From: a virus
Taxonomy: Duplodnaviria; Caudoviricetes
IMG/VR virus record: IMGVR_UViG_3300037465_000699
Coordinates: 1-32,155 of that record
DNA: 32,155 bases
Reading direction: 5' to 3' (one strand)
Part shown: one piece after another, positions 1-8,250 of the stretch
How positions within the stretch are numbered: position 1 is the stretch's first letter
Layout of the letters: every line of letters begins with the position of its first letter
Made by a program: the position numbers and the translations under genes
Notes under the pieces: model-generated
What the model saw: the letters and a program-made list of their open reading frames with translations, nothing else
Databases searched by the model: none
Told to the model about the DNA's origin: nothing

Positions 1-317
1 GCCGCCATCACGCCGTAGCGCACTGTCCGCTCGCACGGCTGCGATCCCCACAGCAGCCCGCCGCTGTTCTCGCCGTGCCCCTCATCGAGCGCGTCAAGGC
101 GCGCGTTCAGCCAGCGCCAAGGCTGGTCGCCGCGTCGCTCGTATGCCCATCGCGACACCGGCTGCACGCCGATGCCGAGCAGGATCACGGCGGCGCCGTA
201 GTCGATGGCGTACAGACATTTCCAGCGCCAGTCGTTCGACCAACCCGGCTTGAACCGGATGCGGTCGAAGCGGCCGAAGCCGGTGAGCCACAGGTACAGA
301 TTGCGCCAGTAGATCAT
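1..317 (-). CDS. Hypothetical Trp-rich protein, truncated at window edge (MIYWRNLYLWLTGFGRFDR...)
   Basis: My translation: ATG at 317-315 overlaps the TGA of the upstream gene (ATGA) and the frame stays open to position 1. Not in the ORF track because it has no stop in the window. Confidence 0.7.
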   Translation of the reverse strand, partial: MIYWRNLYLWLTGFGRFDRIRFKPGWSNDWRWKCLYAIDYGAAVILLGIGVQPVSRWAYERRGDQPWRWLNARLDALDEGHGENSGGLLWGSQPCERTVRYGVMA

Positions 318-490
318 CGCACAGCCATCCTGCGCAGCGTGTCGGCGACTTCGATCAGTTCCTCGTATTCGCCTCGCTCGCTGGCCGTGCCTTTGATCCA
401 CTGGTCCTCGAAGGTGTTGCAGTCGTAGATGTCCCGGGCCAGTTCTTCGAGCAGTTCGGCGGCGCGGGTGAGCGTTTCGGTGTCGCTCAC
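314..490 (-). CDS. Hypothetical protein (58 aa, MSDTETLTRAAELL...)
   Basis: GTG start overlaps the upstream TGA (GTGA); ATGA-coupled to the next gene. Confidence 0.65.
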   Translation of the reverse strand: MSDTETLTRAAELLEELARDIYDCNTFEDQWIKGTASERGEYEELIEVADTLRRMAVR

Positions 491-963
491 GCCGCCCGCT
501 CCCGCAGCATGTCCCGCTGCCCGCCGTCGGTCAGTCGCCAGTCGGCGCGACACTCGCGACCGAGCAACGGCTCGGCGTCGCCGACCTCATCACCGCGCAC
601 GGTCCATGTGATTTCGCCCGAGGCGACTGCGCCGAGCGTGGTGAACGTCAGCTCGACGTCAGAGAGCGTCGCCTCAGTCACGCGCAGGCTGTCCTCGCCC
701 GGCCCCTCGATGGCGCCGGCGAGCGTCCACTCGCCGTCAGTCAGCGCGAGCGACCAGCCGCCGAACGGCGCGCCCAGCTCGTCGAAAAAGCTGGTCTCGC
801 ACCAGCCCGCGCGCATGCCGCACAGCGCGTTGACCTGCTCGCGCGACACGAACAGGTCGGTGAACCTCAGTTGCGCGCGGGTGATCTCGGAGTCCTCGTC
901 CTTCTCACGCTTGATCGCGAGCGACTTGCTGAGCGTGATGATGTTGGTTAGGTGGATGGTCAT
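487..963 (-). CDS. Hypothetical protein (158 aa, MTIHLTNII...)
   Basis: GAGGA RBS before ATG 963, just downstream of the ssb stop; GC3-rich codons; C-terminal part of track ORF 487..1146. Confidence 0.75.
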   Translation of the reverse strand: MTIHLTNIITLSKSLAIKREKDEDSEITRAQLRFTDLFVSREQVNALCGMRAGWCETSFFDELGAPFGGWSLALTDGEWTLAGAIEGPGEDSLRVTEATLSDVELTFTTLGAVASGEITWTVRGDEVGDAEPLLGRECRADWRLTDGGQRDMLRERAA

Positions 964-976
964 GCGTGGTCCTCGA

Positions 977-1423
977 TCAGAATGGGATGTCGTCGTCCAG
1001 CGGTTCGTCGTCCCGGCCGGGCTCGCGCTTAGGCTTGCCGGCCGGCCTGCTTGAGCTCGGCGACTGGCGCGCGCTCGCCTGCTCGCCGGGTTTACCGCCG
1101 AGCATCCGCAGCTCGGCGACGACGATCTCGGTGCTGTAGCGGTCACTGCCGTCCTTCGCCTGATACTTGCGCGTGCGCAGCGAGCCCTCGATGTAGACCG
1201 GCGCTCCCTTTTTCAGATACTCGCCAGCGATCTCGGCGAGCTTCCCGAACATCGCGAGCCGGTGCCACTCGGTTTTTTCGACCTTGTTGCCGGTGTTCTT
1301 GTCCTTGTAGGACTCGTCGGTCGCGAGGCTGAGATTGGCGACCGCCGTGCCGCTCGGCATGAATTTCACGTCGGGGTCTTGGCCAAGGTGGCCGATCAGA
1401 ATGACTTTGTTGACTCCGCGCAC
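977..1423 (-). CDS. ssb: Single-stranded DNA-binding protein
   Basis: [16 protein letters not shown]...TEWHR...[12 protein letters not shown]...YSTEI and acidic DDDIPF tail; GTG start with GAAAGGA RBS. Confidence 0.97.
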   Translation of the reverse strand: MRGVNKVILIGHLGQDPDVKFMPSGTAVANLSLATDESYKDKNTGNKVEKTEWHRLAMFGKLAEIAGEYLKKGAPVYIEGSLRTRKYQAKDGSDRYSTEIVVAELRMLGGKPGEQASARQSPSSSRPAGKPKREPGRDDEPLDDDIPF

Positions 1424-1437
1424 TGGTGTCCTTTCGT

Positions 1438-1809
1438 TTAGCGGTAGCTGGCGGCCCCGATGATTTGCAGAATCTCGCGCTCGAGCTCCTCGTCGGTGAC
1501 GCCCGGAAGAACGTGCTCCGTCACGGCGCGCACCGCTCTGCGCCAGACTCCTGGAACTCGTCCTCACTCAGCCGCCCAAAGCTGATGCTGTCGGCGATCT
1601 GATAGACCTCGCCGGTGGACTGGCTGACGATGTGCGTGCAGTGACCGGCGAGGATCTTCAGCAGGTCATGCGCCTGTTCCGGTCCCTTGATCGTGTCGCT
1701 GTTCTGCGTGATCAGGTTGCAGAGCGCCCACCAGCGGCGCAGGTTCTTGTGGCTGCGCGGGCGTTGCACAGCGACTCTGACTACGTCGCCGATCTTTACC
1801 CGGCGCATC
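1438..1809 (-). pseudogene. DUF1367-like (NinB-related) protein, frameshifted and lacking a normal 5' end
   Basis: RRVKIGDVVRVAVQRPRSHKNLRRWWALCNL...LKILAGH...[14 protein letters not shown]. Adding one G near 1549 continues the frame as [36 protein letters not shown] to TAA at 1438. Confidence 0.65.
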
Positions 1810-2823
1810 TGAACTTGAGCATCGAATCGCTGCCTGACACATGGCGAACCATACGTCACGCGCTGCGTCAGCGAAGGCGGCTTCCAGATCCATTGCGGCA
1901 AGCCATTCGATCACCTTGACCTCATGCACCCGGAAGTGCAGCGCGAGCGCCTCGACAATCTCGGCGTCGCTCGGGCGGTTGTCGCTGATGGCTCGGCCAG
2001 GCGGCACGGCCATCGCCGCACCGCCTGGCGTTGCCTCCACGACGAACTTCGCCGTTGAATCCATCGCCGCCCGCTGGCGCTCAAGCTCGGCTCGCTCTGC
2101 AGCCAGTCGTTCGGCCTCCGCGGCCGCTGCGGCCTCTTGCTCGCGCCGCTCGGCGGCGATGCGTTCGCGCTCGGCACGATCCCGCGCCTCCTGCTCGGCC
2201 CGCAGCCGTGCCAGTTCCGCCCGCTCCGCGGCAAGCCGTACCTGCTCGGCCTCATGCGCGAGGGCGGCCCCGTGCAGTTCACGGAGGCGCGCCAATCCGC
2301 CAGCCTTGGCGTCCGCAGCCTGCTCGCGGAATTCCTCGAACGACTCGTCAACGGCGATCGTCTCAAGGTCCGTGATGTGCTGAGCGATCAGCGCCGACCC
2401 GCTGGCCGGCGTCAGCATCTGATTGCCGCGCAGCTCGGCGACTCGCGTCTGGATGTCGCGCACCCGCCGTTCCTCGGCCGCGATCTTGGCCTGCCGCTCG
2501 GCTTCCTTGCGCGCCTCCTCGGCCTTGATCTGCCTGTCGATCGGCGCCTCGATCTTCTCGATCTCGGCCGTGATCCTGGCCGCGTCGGCATCGAGCTTCT
2601 TACCGAGTGCGATGATCGGCGCCTTGGCGGCCTTGCAGATGCGCTCGACCTCGTAGCGCGGCTCGCGCACCGCCTGGCGAGCGGCCTTCGCGTCGGCCAT
2701 CCCGTCCGGTGTCGTCACGTCGTAGACGACGCCGGCGTACCGGGTCCGCAGTTCGGCGATGCCAGCCGAGACGGCGTCGAATCCGGCGAGGGCTTGGGAA
2801 ACCTGTTCGATCTCGGTGCTCAT
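1666..2823 (-). CDS. Coiled-coil protein of phage recombination modules (DUF1351-like); true C-terminus uncertain near 1854
   Basis: Long Ala/Glu/Arg heptad-rich helix; ATGA-coupled to the exonuclease. Residues after 1853 are out-of-frame read-through caused by the terL-derived insert. Confidence 0.7.
   Translation of the reverse strand: MSTEIEQVSQALAGFDAVSAGIAELRTRYAGVVYDVTTPDGMADAKAARQAVREPRYEVERICKAAKAPIIALGKKLDADAARITAEIEKIEAPIDRQIKAEEARKEAERQAKIAAEERRVRDIQTRVAELRGNQMLTPASGSALIAQHITDLETIAVDESFEEFREQAADAKAGGLARLRELHGAALAHEAEQVRLAAERAELARLRAEQEARDRAERERIAAERREQEAAAAAEAERLAAERAELERQRAAMDSTAKFVVEATPGGAAMAVPPGRAISDNRPSDAEIVEALALHFRVHEVKVIEWLAAMDLEAAFADAARDVWFAMCQAAIRCSSSDAPGKDRRRSQSRCATPAQPQEPAPLVGALQPDHAEQRHDQGTGTGA
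1810..1853. repeat. 44-bp exact inverted copy of terL segment 13507-13550
   Basis: tgaacttgagc...gcgaaccata is the exact reverse complement of tatggttcgcc...ctcaagttca. Confidence 0.95.
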
Positions 2824-3446
2824 GCCGCCCTCCCGTAGGCGTTGATCTTGGCGACTGTGGCCGCCAGTTCATCGAGGAAATCATCGACCGCGACCTTAAT
2901 GCTCGCGATGTAGGCTTCATCGCGCTCAACGCGCGTGCGAAACAACGGCAGTCCCGGCCAATAGCTGATGAAATCGCACCAAGACCGCCCGGAAATCCAG
3001 AGCTGACCCTGCACCTGGGCGATATGCTCGGGCGGCAGGCGGTTGGCGAGGATGCAGTCGAGCTGCAGGTGCGGCAGCTTCGTCTTGATTTCCAGCAGCC
3101 CGTCGTGACCGATCAGAGAGTCCGGGCTTGCCCCGGCGTCGCCCCGGCGCATGAACCCGACCGGCTGCGGCTCGACCTCGCGCACCAGCGCATAGAGCTG
3201 GCGGGCCTCGTCCTCCATCGCCTTGCCGCGCTCGGTGTGATCGTTGCTGAAGCTCTCCATGGGCTGGCCGGTCAGTCGCTCGCCGATCAGCTTGAGCATG
3301 TAGGTCCGGCGCGCCTTGCTTTCACCGCCACCGCGACCCTTCGCCATGACAGCGTCGAACATGCTTGCGGTCGGAATGCCAGCCCGGGCGCGATACCACA
3401 GCTCCGAGCCCTGTTCGCAGTCGATGATCTGCAGGTCCATGCTCAC
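2820..3446 (-). CDS. YqaJ / lambda-exonuclease family alkaline exonuclease
   Basis: QGSELW..AR.G.PTAS, GASPD, LEIK and QVQGQLW motifs; adjacent to Erf. Confidence 0.93.
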   Translation of the reverse strand: MSMDLQIIDCEQGSELWYRARAGIPTASMFDAVMAKGRGGGESKARRTYMLKLIGERLTGQPMESFSNDHTERGKAMEDEARQLYALVREVEPQPVGFMRRGDAGASPDSLIGHDGLLEIKTKLPHLQLDCILANRLPPEHIAQVQGQLWISGRSWCDFISYWPGLPLFRTRVERDEAYIASIKVAVDDFLDELAATVAKINAYGRAA

Positions 3447-4213
3447 TTGCTCCTCTTGGCCTCAAGGCCCGCCAGCGCCTTGCGGTAGCGGTCGGCGGGG
3501 ATCTCGGCGAACGACGGCGCGCCGATCCACGCGAGGAACCGCGCCTGATTCGCGCCAACTTCGCCGGCCAGCGCCTCAAGATCGGCGGCCTGCTCGGCGG
3601 TGATGGTCGCGGCAGGCGCGCCGGCACCCTGGCCGTCGTCGTCCATGTCCTTCGCGGCGAGGCCGGTGGCGGCGAGCAGCGTGTAGCGCTGCAGGTAGGT
3701 GACCGCGGAGGCGATCGCCTGAATGCTGTTCTTCCCGCCGGACTGATCGGGCGGGCTGGTCATGCTGACCGACTCATTGTGGCCTTGCTGGTGGGTCAGC
3801 ACGCAGGTCACCGTGATCGCGCCGCCGTCCTGCGTCACGTCCCATCGGTGGCTGATGCCGACCTTGGCGAGCCCTTTGGTCGCGGCCGCGCAAACATCGG
3901 CGAGCGTCGCATGGTCGTACTCCGTCATGCCCTTCGAGGTCTCGAATCGCACGCGCTTGGCCTTCAGAATTTCCGGCGGGTCCGCCTTGAAAACGGCCAT
4001 CGCCGCGACGTATGCCTTGCGCGCCTCGGTCGCCTCCCACCTCTGCTGCAGGTCCATCAACTGCTGCAGGCGGTCGAGATCGGCACCGCGCTCCATCGCC
4101 ACCTGCAGCATCTGCATCGGCGTGACGACGGGTGTGGTGCGCACGATTTCGCCAGCCGCCGGTGGCGCGATCGCGGGCGCCTCGTCGGCCGTTATGACGG
4201 TTTGTGCGGTCAT
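3443..4213 (-). CDS. erf: ERF-family single-strand annealing protein
   Basis: QAIASAVTYLQRYTLLAATGLA..DMDDDG signature; GGAGG RBS. Confidence 0.92.
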   Translation of the reverse strand: MTAQTVITADEAPAIAPPAAGEIVRTTPVVTPMQMLQVAMERGADLDRLQQLMDLQQRWEATEARKAYVAAMAVFKADPPEILKAKRVRFETSKGMTEYDHATLADVCAAATKGLAKVGISHRWDVTQDGGAITVTCVLTHQQGHNESVSMTSPPDQSGGKNSIQAIASAVTYLQRYTLLAATGLAAKDMDDDGQGAGAPAATITAEQAADLEALAGEVGANQARFLAWIGAPSFAEIPADRYRKALAGLEAKRSK

Positions 4214-4214
4214 A

Positions 4215-4331
4215 TCAGAATCCTCCGGTCAACACGATGAACGCCAGTACCGTGACTGCACACAGCACGGTCGCGGTCAGGAAGCCCTCGAGATAGGCCC
4301 TTGAGGCGTGGCCGTCGTCGCTCAGCCGCAT
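4215..4331 (-). CDS. 38-aa single-TM peptide (MRLSDDGHASRAYLEGFLTATVLCAVTVLAFIVLTGGF)
   Basis: GGAGGA RBS; fills the gap between 4322 and erf; hydrophobic C-terminal half. Confidence 0.6.
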   Translation of the reverse strand: MRLSDDGHASRAYLEGFLTATVLCAVTVLAFIVLTGGF

Positions 4332-4636
4332 AAATCCTCCTCGGCCCGCGCCCGCCATTCCTCGGCGAGCGCCAGGCTGATGATTTCCAGCACCTCGGCC
4401 GCGTCGCTGGCATAGACGGCCTCGCGCAGATGGTGCAGGCGCATCGCCTTCCAGCGCTCAAGACTGTTCTCGCGCGGATAGTTGGGGCCGGGATCGCAAT
4501 ACCGGGCGAGGCCATCGCGCAGCGCGTCGAGCCAGTCGCGGTTGCAGGCATCGACGGCCAGCTCGGCGGCCCGGCGCTGGATCTCGCGCTCGGTCACGTC
4601 CTCGGCGTCCTGCGGATCGGTGACGGGCAGGTTCAC
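4322..4636 (-). CDS. Hypothetical protein
   Basis: GTGA-coupled to the upstream gene; GC3-rich codons. Confidence 0.7.
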   Translation of the reverse strand: MNLPVTDPQDAEDVTEREIQRRAAELAVDACNRDWLDALRDGLARYCDPGPNYPRENSLERWKAMRLHHLREAVYASDAAEVLEIISLALAEEWRARAEEDLCG

Positions 4637-4896
4637 GGCCGGCCCTCGGCGCGGGCGATGGCGGCCACAGCGGCGTGGTGTACCGGGTGATTCAGTGCGC
4701 CGCCGGTGTAGTAGGCGAGCATTCCACGCAGCGCCGCCAACAGCTCGGGCGCGGCGGCAATCAGGCGCGCGTCAGCCAGCGTGTCGGCGACGGCGATGCG
4801 TCGATGCGCGGGCGGCGACCCGGTGCCATGCACCTCGAACCGACTGGCGCCGTAGGTGCACGGATCGCTCCACGGTCCCGGAGTGTGCTGGTCCAT
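4633..4896 (-). CDS. Phage early hypothetical protein (HTPGPW...ARLIAAAPELL type)
   Basis: GAGGAG RBS before ATG 4896; motif pair common in phage early genes; first gene after PL. Confidence 0.8.
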   Translation of the reverse strand: MDQHTPGPWSDPCTYGASRFEVHGTGSPPAHRRIAVADTLADARLIAAAPELLAALRGMLAYYTGGALNHPVHHAAVAAIARAEGRP

Positions 4897-4927
4897 CGTC
4901 CCTCTCCTCGCCCGGCGGGTGCCGGGG

Positions 4928-5002
4928 ATGGGCAGTATATTGCCCATTTGGTGCGTGAGTGTCAAGCAATGCATTGCCCATCCTGAGCAATAAATCACCC
5001 AG
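4928..5002. promoter_or_regulatory. OL: three 20-bp operator-like palindromes (consensus ATGGGCAATnnATTGCCCAT) over leftward promoter PL
   Basis: 4928 ATGGGCAGTATATTGCCCAT; 4962 TCAAGCAATGCATTGCCCAT; 4983 CTGAGCAATAAATCACCCAG. Minus-strand TTGACA at 4965-4960 with CAATAT 17 bp downstream. Confidence 0.8.
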
Positions 5003-5014
5003 AAGGGGTCTTGC

Positions 5015-5392
5015 TTATCGGCGAGGGCGCGTCTGAGACGGGATTATTGAGGCCACTCCGACGAGGCCGCACAGGAGAAACCACATGGCGCGCCAGTCGC
5101 GTTGCACCGCAATCGGCAACGCCAGAGCGCCAGCGATGAACACAGCGGACACGGCGAGCCCGTAGGCGACTTGTGGCAGCTTAACGGGAGCGACCTTCAT
5201 ACCAAACCAGACGAAGGCGGCGCCGGCAGCGCCGGTGCCAACAGATTCGATGAACCAACTATTCACGAGAGAGTCCGGGGACTGAAAGGCAAAGTAGGCC
5301 GAAGCCCGCTGGATGCCCACCATAACCAGGTAGGCGAGCCAACCACCCAATATCGCGCATGGGAGCAGAACTAGCCAGCGCAACAGTTTCAT
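5015..5392 (-). CDS. Integral membrane protein (about 4 TM) coupled to the repressor; superinfection-exclusion candidate
   Basis: Four hydrophobic segments; ATGA overlap with the repressor stop; position equivalent to lambda rex. Confidence 0.75.
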   Translation of the reverse strand: MKLLRWLVLLPCAILGGWLAYLVMVGIQRASAYFAFQSPDSLVNSWFIESVGTGAAGAAFVWFGMKVAPVKLPQVAYGLAVSAVFIAGALALPIAVQRDWRAMWFLLCGLVGVASIIPSQTRPRR

Positions 5393-5730
5393 GATGCCTT
5401 CCGCTTGAGCATTCGCAGCGTGAGTTCCCGCCCGTCGACATCGCTATTGATGAATCCATCGACCAACTGCGCCAGAGCGTGACCGTTGGCGAGATCGTCG
5501 GGCAGATTTGGTAACAGCAAATGCCACCCCTGCAGGCCGAATGCCTTGGCCAACGCATCCACGGTTTCTGTGGTGGGAGCGCTAGCACCGTTCAAAATGT
5601 TGCGGATCTGGCGATGACTTACGCCGCTCCTCTCCTCGAGTTCACGACTTGTCATTCGGTTGGACAGCCGCATGAGAGCGGCCAGATTCTTGGCCACTGT
5701 GTTACGGGTTAACGGGCGAGGGCGACGCAT
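5389..5730 (-). CDS. cI: XRE-family HTH repressor (CI-like, no S24 peptidase domain)
   Basis: TSRELEERSGVSHRQIRNILNGASAPTTETVDALAKAFG HTH; divergent from a Cro-like gene and flanked by operators. Confidence 0.85.
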   Translation of the reverse strand: MRRPRPLTRNTVAKNLAALMRLSNRMTSRELEERSGVSHRQIRNILNGASAPTTETVDALAKAFGLQGWHLLLPNLPDDLANGHALAQLVDGFINSDVDGRELTLRMLKRKAS

Positions 5731-5751
5731 GGAGTCAGGCTAGGCCGCTGC

Positions 5752-5819
5752 GCGTGGGATAAGTTGCCCGACGATTGGCGGGTCCAAACTTGCAAATGGG
5801 CAATTCATTGCCCTATCAT
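5752..5819. promoter_or_regulatory. OR / PR: operator ATGGGCAATTCATTGCCCTA (5796-5815) in the spacer of TTGCAA-18-TATCAT; degenerate half-site at 5752-5771
   Basis: -35 at 5790-5795, -10 at 5814-5819; same palindrome as OL. Confidence 0.8.
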
Positions 5820-5826
5820 GGTCAAC

Positions 5827-6033
5827 ATGGATCTCGTTTCTGAACGTGAGCATTTGCGGCAATGGCTGTGCGGCGTGTCGTTGCAGGCCGTCATCGACGC
5901 AACGGGCATCAGTCGGTCGTGGCTGTCCAAATTTCGTCGCGGCGAAATCCTAGATCCGGGCATGGAGCGGCTGGCCGAACTGCACGAGTGCCGTCAGTCG
6001 CTCGGCGGGCGCAAGCGCGCTCGCGCGGCCTGA
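5827..6033 (+). CDS. cro: Cro-like HTH protein (68 aa)
   Basis: SLQAVIDATGISRSWLSKFRRGEILDPG HTH, directly after PR; start chosen from promoter position. Confidence 0.8.
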   Translation: MDLVSEREHLRQWLCGVSLQAVIDATGISRSWLSKFRRGEILDPGMERLAELHECRQSLGGRKRARAA

Positions 6034-6156
6034 TTTGTTGTTCTGCCACCCGGATTACGCCGAGCGGCAGGGTGTTGCAAGCGGCGCTGGACATAAGCGG
6101 CGCGGCTCGTGCGCAGTAGGAGAAGGGCGGAAGTGCTGGTGACGACAGCCAGGGGA

Positions 6157-6351
6157 ATGTTGCAACCGAGGCTCGCCGCATCGCGGCTGGGGCGGCTGCT
6201 GCTGAGGCTGCTCGGCCGGCCCGGGCGCGAGCCGCTGCCAGGCCGCAGTCCCGATGATCCGATCACGATGCGACGTCCAGCGAAAGCCTCCGGCTCTGCC
6301 AACGTGACGGTCACCCGGGCCGAGCGAGCCGGAGCAGGGAGGCTGCTGTGA
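6157..6351 (+). CDS. Small basic hypothetical protein at the cII position (start uncertain)
   Basis: AGGGG RBS before ATG 6157; stop overlaps the GTG of the replication gene. Confidence 0.45.
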   Translation: MLQPRLAASRLGRLLLRLLGRPGREPLPGRSPDDPITMRRPAKASGSANVTVTRAERAGAGRLL

Positions 6352-7409
6352 CACTGCCGGATCCGCTGTTGCCTGCGCATGTCGATCTCCGGGGGTACGG
6401 ATTCATGCCGTTGTACGGACATCACCTGTTCGGCTCGGAGTTCAACGCGATTGCATCCGATGCGGCCTGGCGCGCCGGCCTGACACTGTGGTGGGCAGCG
6501 TGGAATCAGGTGCCGGCCGGATCATTGCCGAACGATGACGCGGCACTGTGCCGGCTGGCAGATCTCGGGCGCGACGTGAGGGGCTGGAGGAAGCTGCGTG
6601 AGCAGGCGCTGCACGGATTCGTGATGTGCTCAGACGGCCGACTGTATCACCGTTATTTGTGCGGGCTCGCGGCCGAGGCGTGGGCCAGGCGCGTCAAAGA
6701 GCGCGAACGAAAAGCGAAATACCGGGCGGTGCGAGAGCGAGACAGAGACATGCCTGAGACAAGGACAGCTAGAGGGACAGAGACGGGGACAGAGACGGGG
6801 ACAGAGACGGGGACAGAGACGGCACACCCATTGGGACGGAACGGCAGAGAGGGACAGGGAGAGGGACAGGGAGAGGGACATAGAGAGGGACAGGGACCTA
6901 TATCCTCGCTACGCTCGGATACCCCCTCCACCCCCCCTAGGGGCGCAACGTCGGCTACGCCGACCGCGAGCGTGGTTCCACGGGAAACGAGGGCATCGCA
7001 CGGCATCGAGGCGCCCGTCGCCGAGCGGGAGTTCGCCGCAGGCCTCGGCACCGATCAGGACGACGTGCAGCGCGTGTTCGCGCACTGGCGAACGACCTGG
7101 CAGCACCCGCGGGCCGTGCTCGACGAGAAACGCCGCAAGCTCATCCGACTGCGCCTGCGCGACTACTCGGCCGATGACCTTTGCCGAGCGATCAGCGGCT
7201 ATCGCAATTCGCCGCACCACAGCGGCCAGAACGACCGCGCCACGGTCTACGACGACATCGGGCTGCTGCTGCGCGACGCGGCCCACGTCGATGCGGGCCT
7301 GCGCTTTGCTGAGCAGCCGCCGCGAGGTGAGCAGTCGGCGCTCACCCGGCGCAACGTCGCGTCGGTGCAGGATTGGCGCCCGCCCGAGCTGCGGAAGGCT
7401 GCATCGTGA
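6348..7409 (+). CDS. Replication initiator, DUF1376/YdaU-like N-terminus (lambda O analogue)
   Basis: DLR...FMPL...LWWAAWNQVPAGSLPNDDAALCRLA; internal repeats; helical C-domain; position after cro. Confidence 0.85.
   Translation: MTLPDPLLPAHVDLRGYGFMPLYGHHLFGSEFNAIASDAAWRAGLTLWWAAWNQVPAGSLPNDDAALCRLADLGRDVRGWRKLREQALHGFVMCSDGRLYHRYLCGLAAEAWARRVKERERKAKYRAVRERDRDMPETRTARGTETGTETGTETGTETAHPLGRNGREGQGEGQGEGHREGQGPISSLRSDTPSTPPRGATSATPTASVVPRETRASHGIEAPVAEREFAAGLGTDQDDVQRVFAHWRTTWQHPRAVLDEKRRKLIRLRLRDYSADDLCRAISGYRNSPHHSGQNDRATVYDDIGLLLRDAAHVDAGLRFAEQPPRGEQSALTRRNVASVQDWRPPELRKAAS
6774..6896 (+). repeat. Two 12-bp tandem arrays, putative iterons/origin: 4x GGGACAGAGACG (6774-6821) and 4x GAGGGACAGGGA (6849-6896, one variant)
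   Basis: Read directly from sequence; located mid-initiator as in the lambda ori. Confidence 0.85.
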
Positions 7410-7948
7410 ACCCGGGCGACTACGAGCGCTTCCGCTCCGTGCTGACCGGGATGGCTGAGCTCTACCAGCGCGAGCTCTCCCCGACGCTGCTCGACGCCTA
7501 CTGGCTGGCGCTGCGCGATTGGACGCTGGACGACTTCGAGGCCGGCGCTGGTCGACTCATGGCGACCTCGACCTTCATGCCGCGACCGGCGGACTGGCAC
7601 GAGCTGCGCAAGGCCTCCGCCATGACCGCGGGCGAGGCCTGGGAGCGCGCGATCGCCGCCTGCAAGAGCTGGCGCAATGGCACGGCCAGCGTGGATCCGC
7701 TGACGGATCGCGTCGTGCGGATCGTCGGCGGCTATGAGCAGCTCGCTATGGAGCCGAGCAAATCGCAGCACTTTACGCGAGATAGGTTCATGGCGATCTA
7801 CGACCAGCTCGCCGAGGCTGAGGCCACGCGTGCGGCGGTGCCAGCGATCGCAGGGCCGCCGAGCAGGCCGCGACTCGGCGCAGGCCCGCGACTGTTGCGC
7901 GATGCGATGGCCGATGCGGGCAGGGAAACCGAAGGGGCGGCGGCATGA
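7406..7948 (+). CDS. Replication partner (DUF6475-like, lambda P / helicase-loader position)
   Basis: GTGA-coupled; YWLAL...FMPRPAD...AGEAW...DPLT..VV..VGG pattern. Confidence 0.7.
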   Translation: MNPGDYERFRSVLTGMAELYQRELSPTLLDAYWLALRDWTLDDFEAGAGRLMATSTFMPRPADWHELRKASAMTAGEAWERAIAACKSWRNGTASVDPLTDRVVRIVGGYEQLAMEPSKSQHFTRDRFMAIYDQLAEAEATRAAVPAIAGPPSRPRLGAGPRLLRDAMADAGRETEGAAA

Positions 7949-8250
7949 GCGCGGCGCGGCGCATCCTGATCCCGCTCGATCGGCAGTGCCGCGCCCTCGA
8001 CCTGCCGGAGCCAGTGGCTGAGTTTCGGTTCCACGCCGCGCGGCGGTGGCGATTCGATTGGGCGTGGCCGGAGCGGCTGGTCGCTGTGGAGATTGACGGC
8101 GGCGTGTGGATCGGCGGCCGGCACAATCGCGCTGGCGGCTACCTGGCCGACATGGAGAAACTCAACGCCGCCGCTGAGGCCGGCTGGCGCGTGCTGCGCT
8201 ACGCGACTGGCCATATCGACATGGCTCAGCTCGCGCGGGTGCTGGCGTGA
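7945..8250 (+). CDS. Vsr/DUF559-like endonuclease
   Basis: EFRFH..RRWRFDWAWP..LVAVEIDGG.W...H...D.EK.N.A...GWRVLR. Confidence 0.8.
   Translation: MSAARRILIPLDRQCRALDLPEPVAEFRFHAARRWRFDWAWPERLVAVEIDGGVWIGGRHNRAGGYLADMEKLNAAAEAGWRVLRYATGHIDMAQLARVLA

Noticed and set aside
4911-4926. Hairpin cccggc-gggt-gccggg in the PL leader as a nut/boxB site
   Set aside because: No boxA, no matching copy after cro and no N-like gene recognised; short GC stems are common here.
6774-6896. Tandem arrays as a CRISPR array
   Set aside because: 12-bp units with no spacers, in frame inside the initiator gene.
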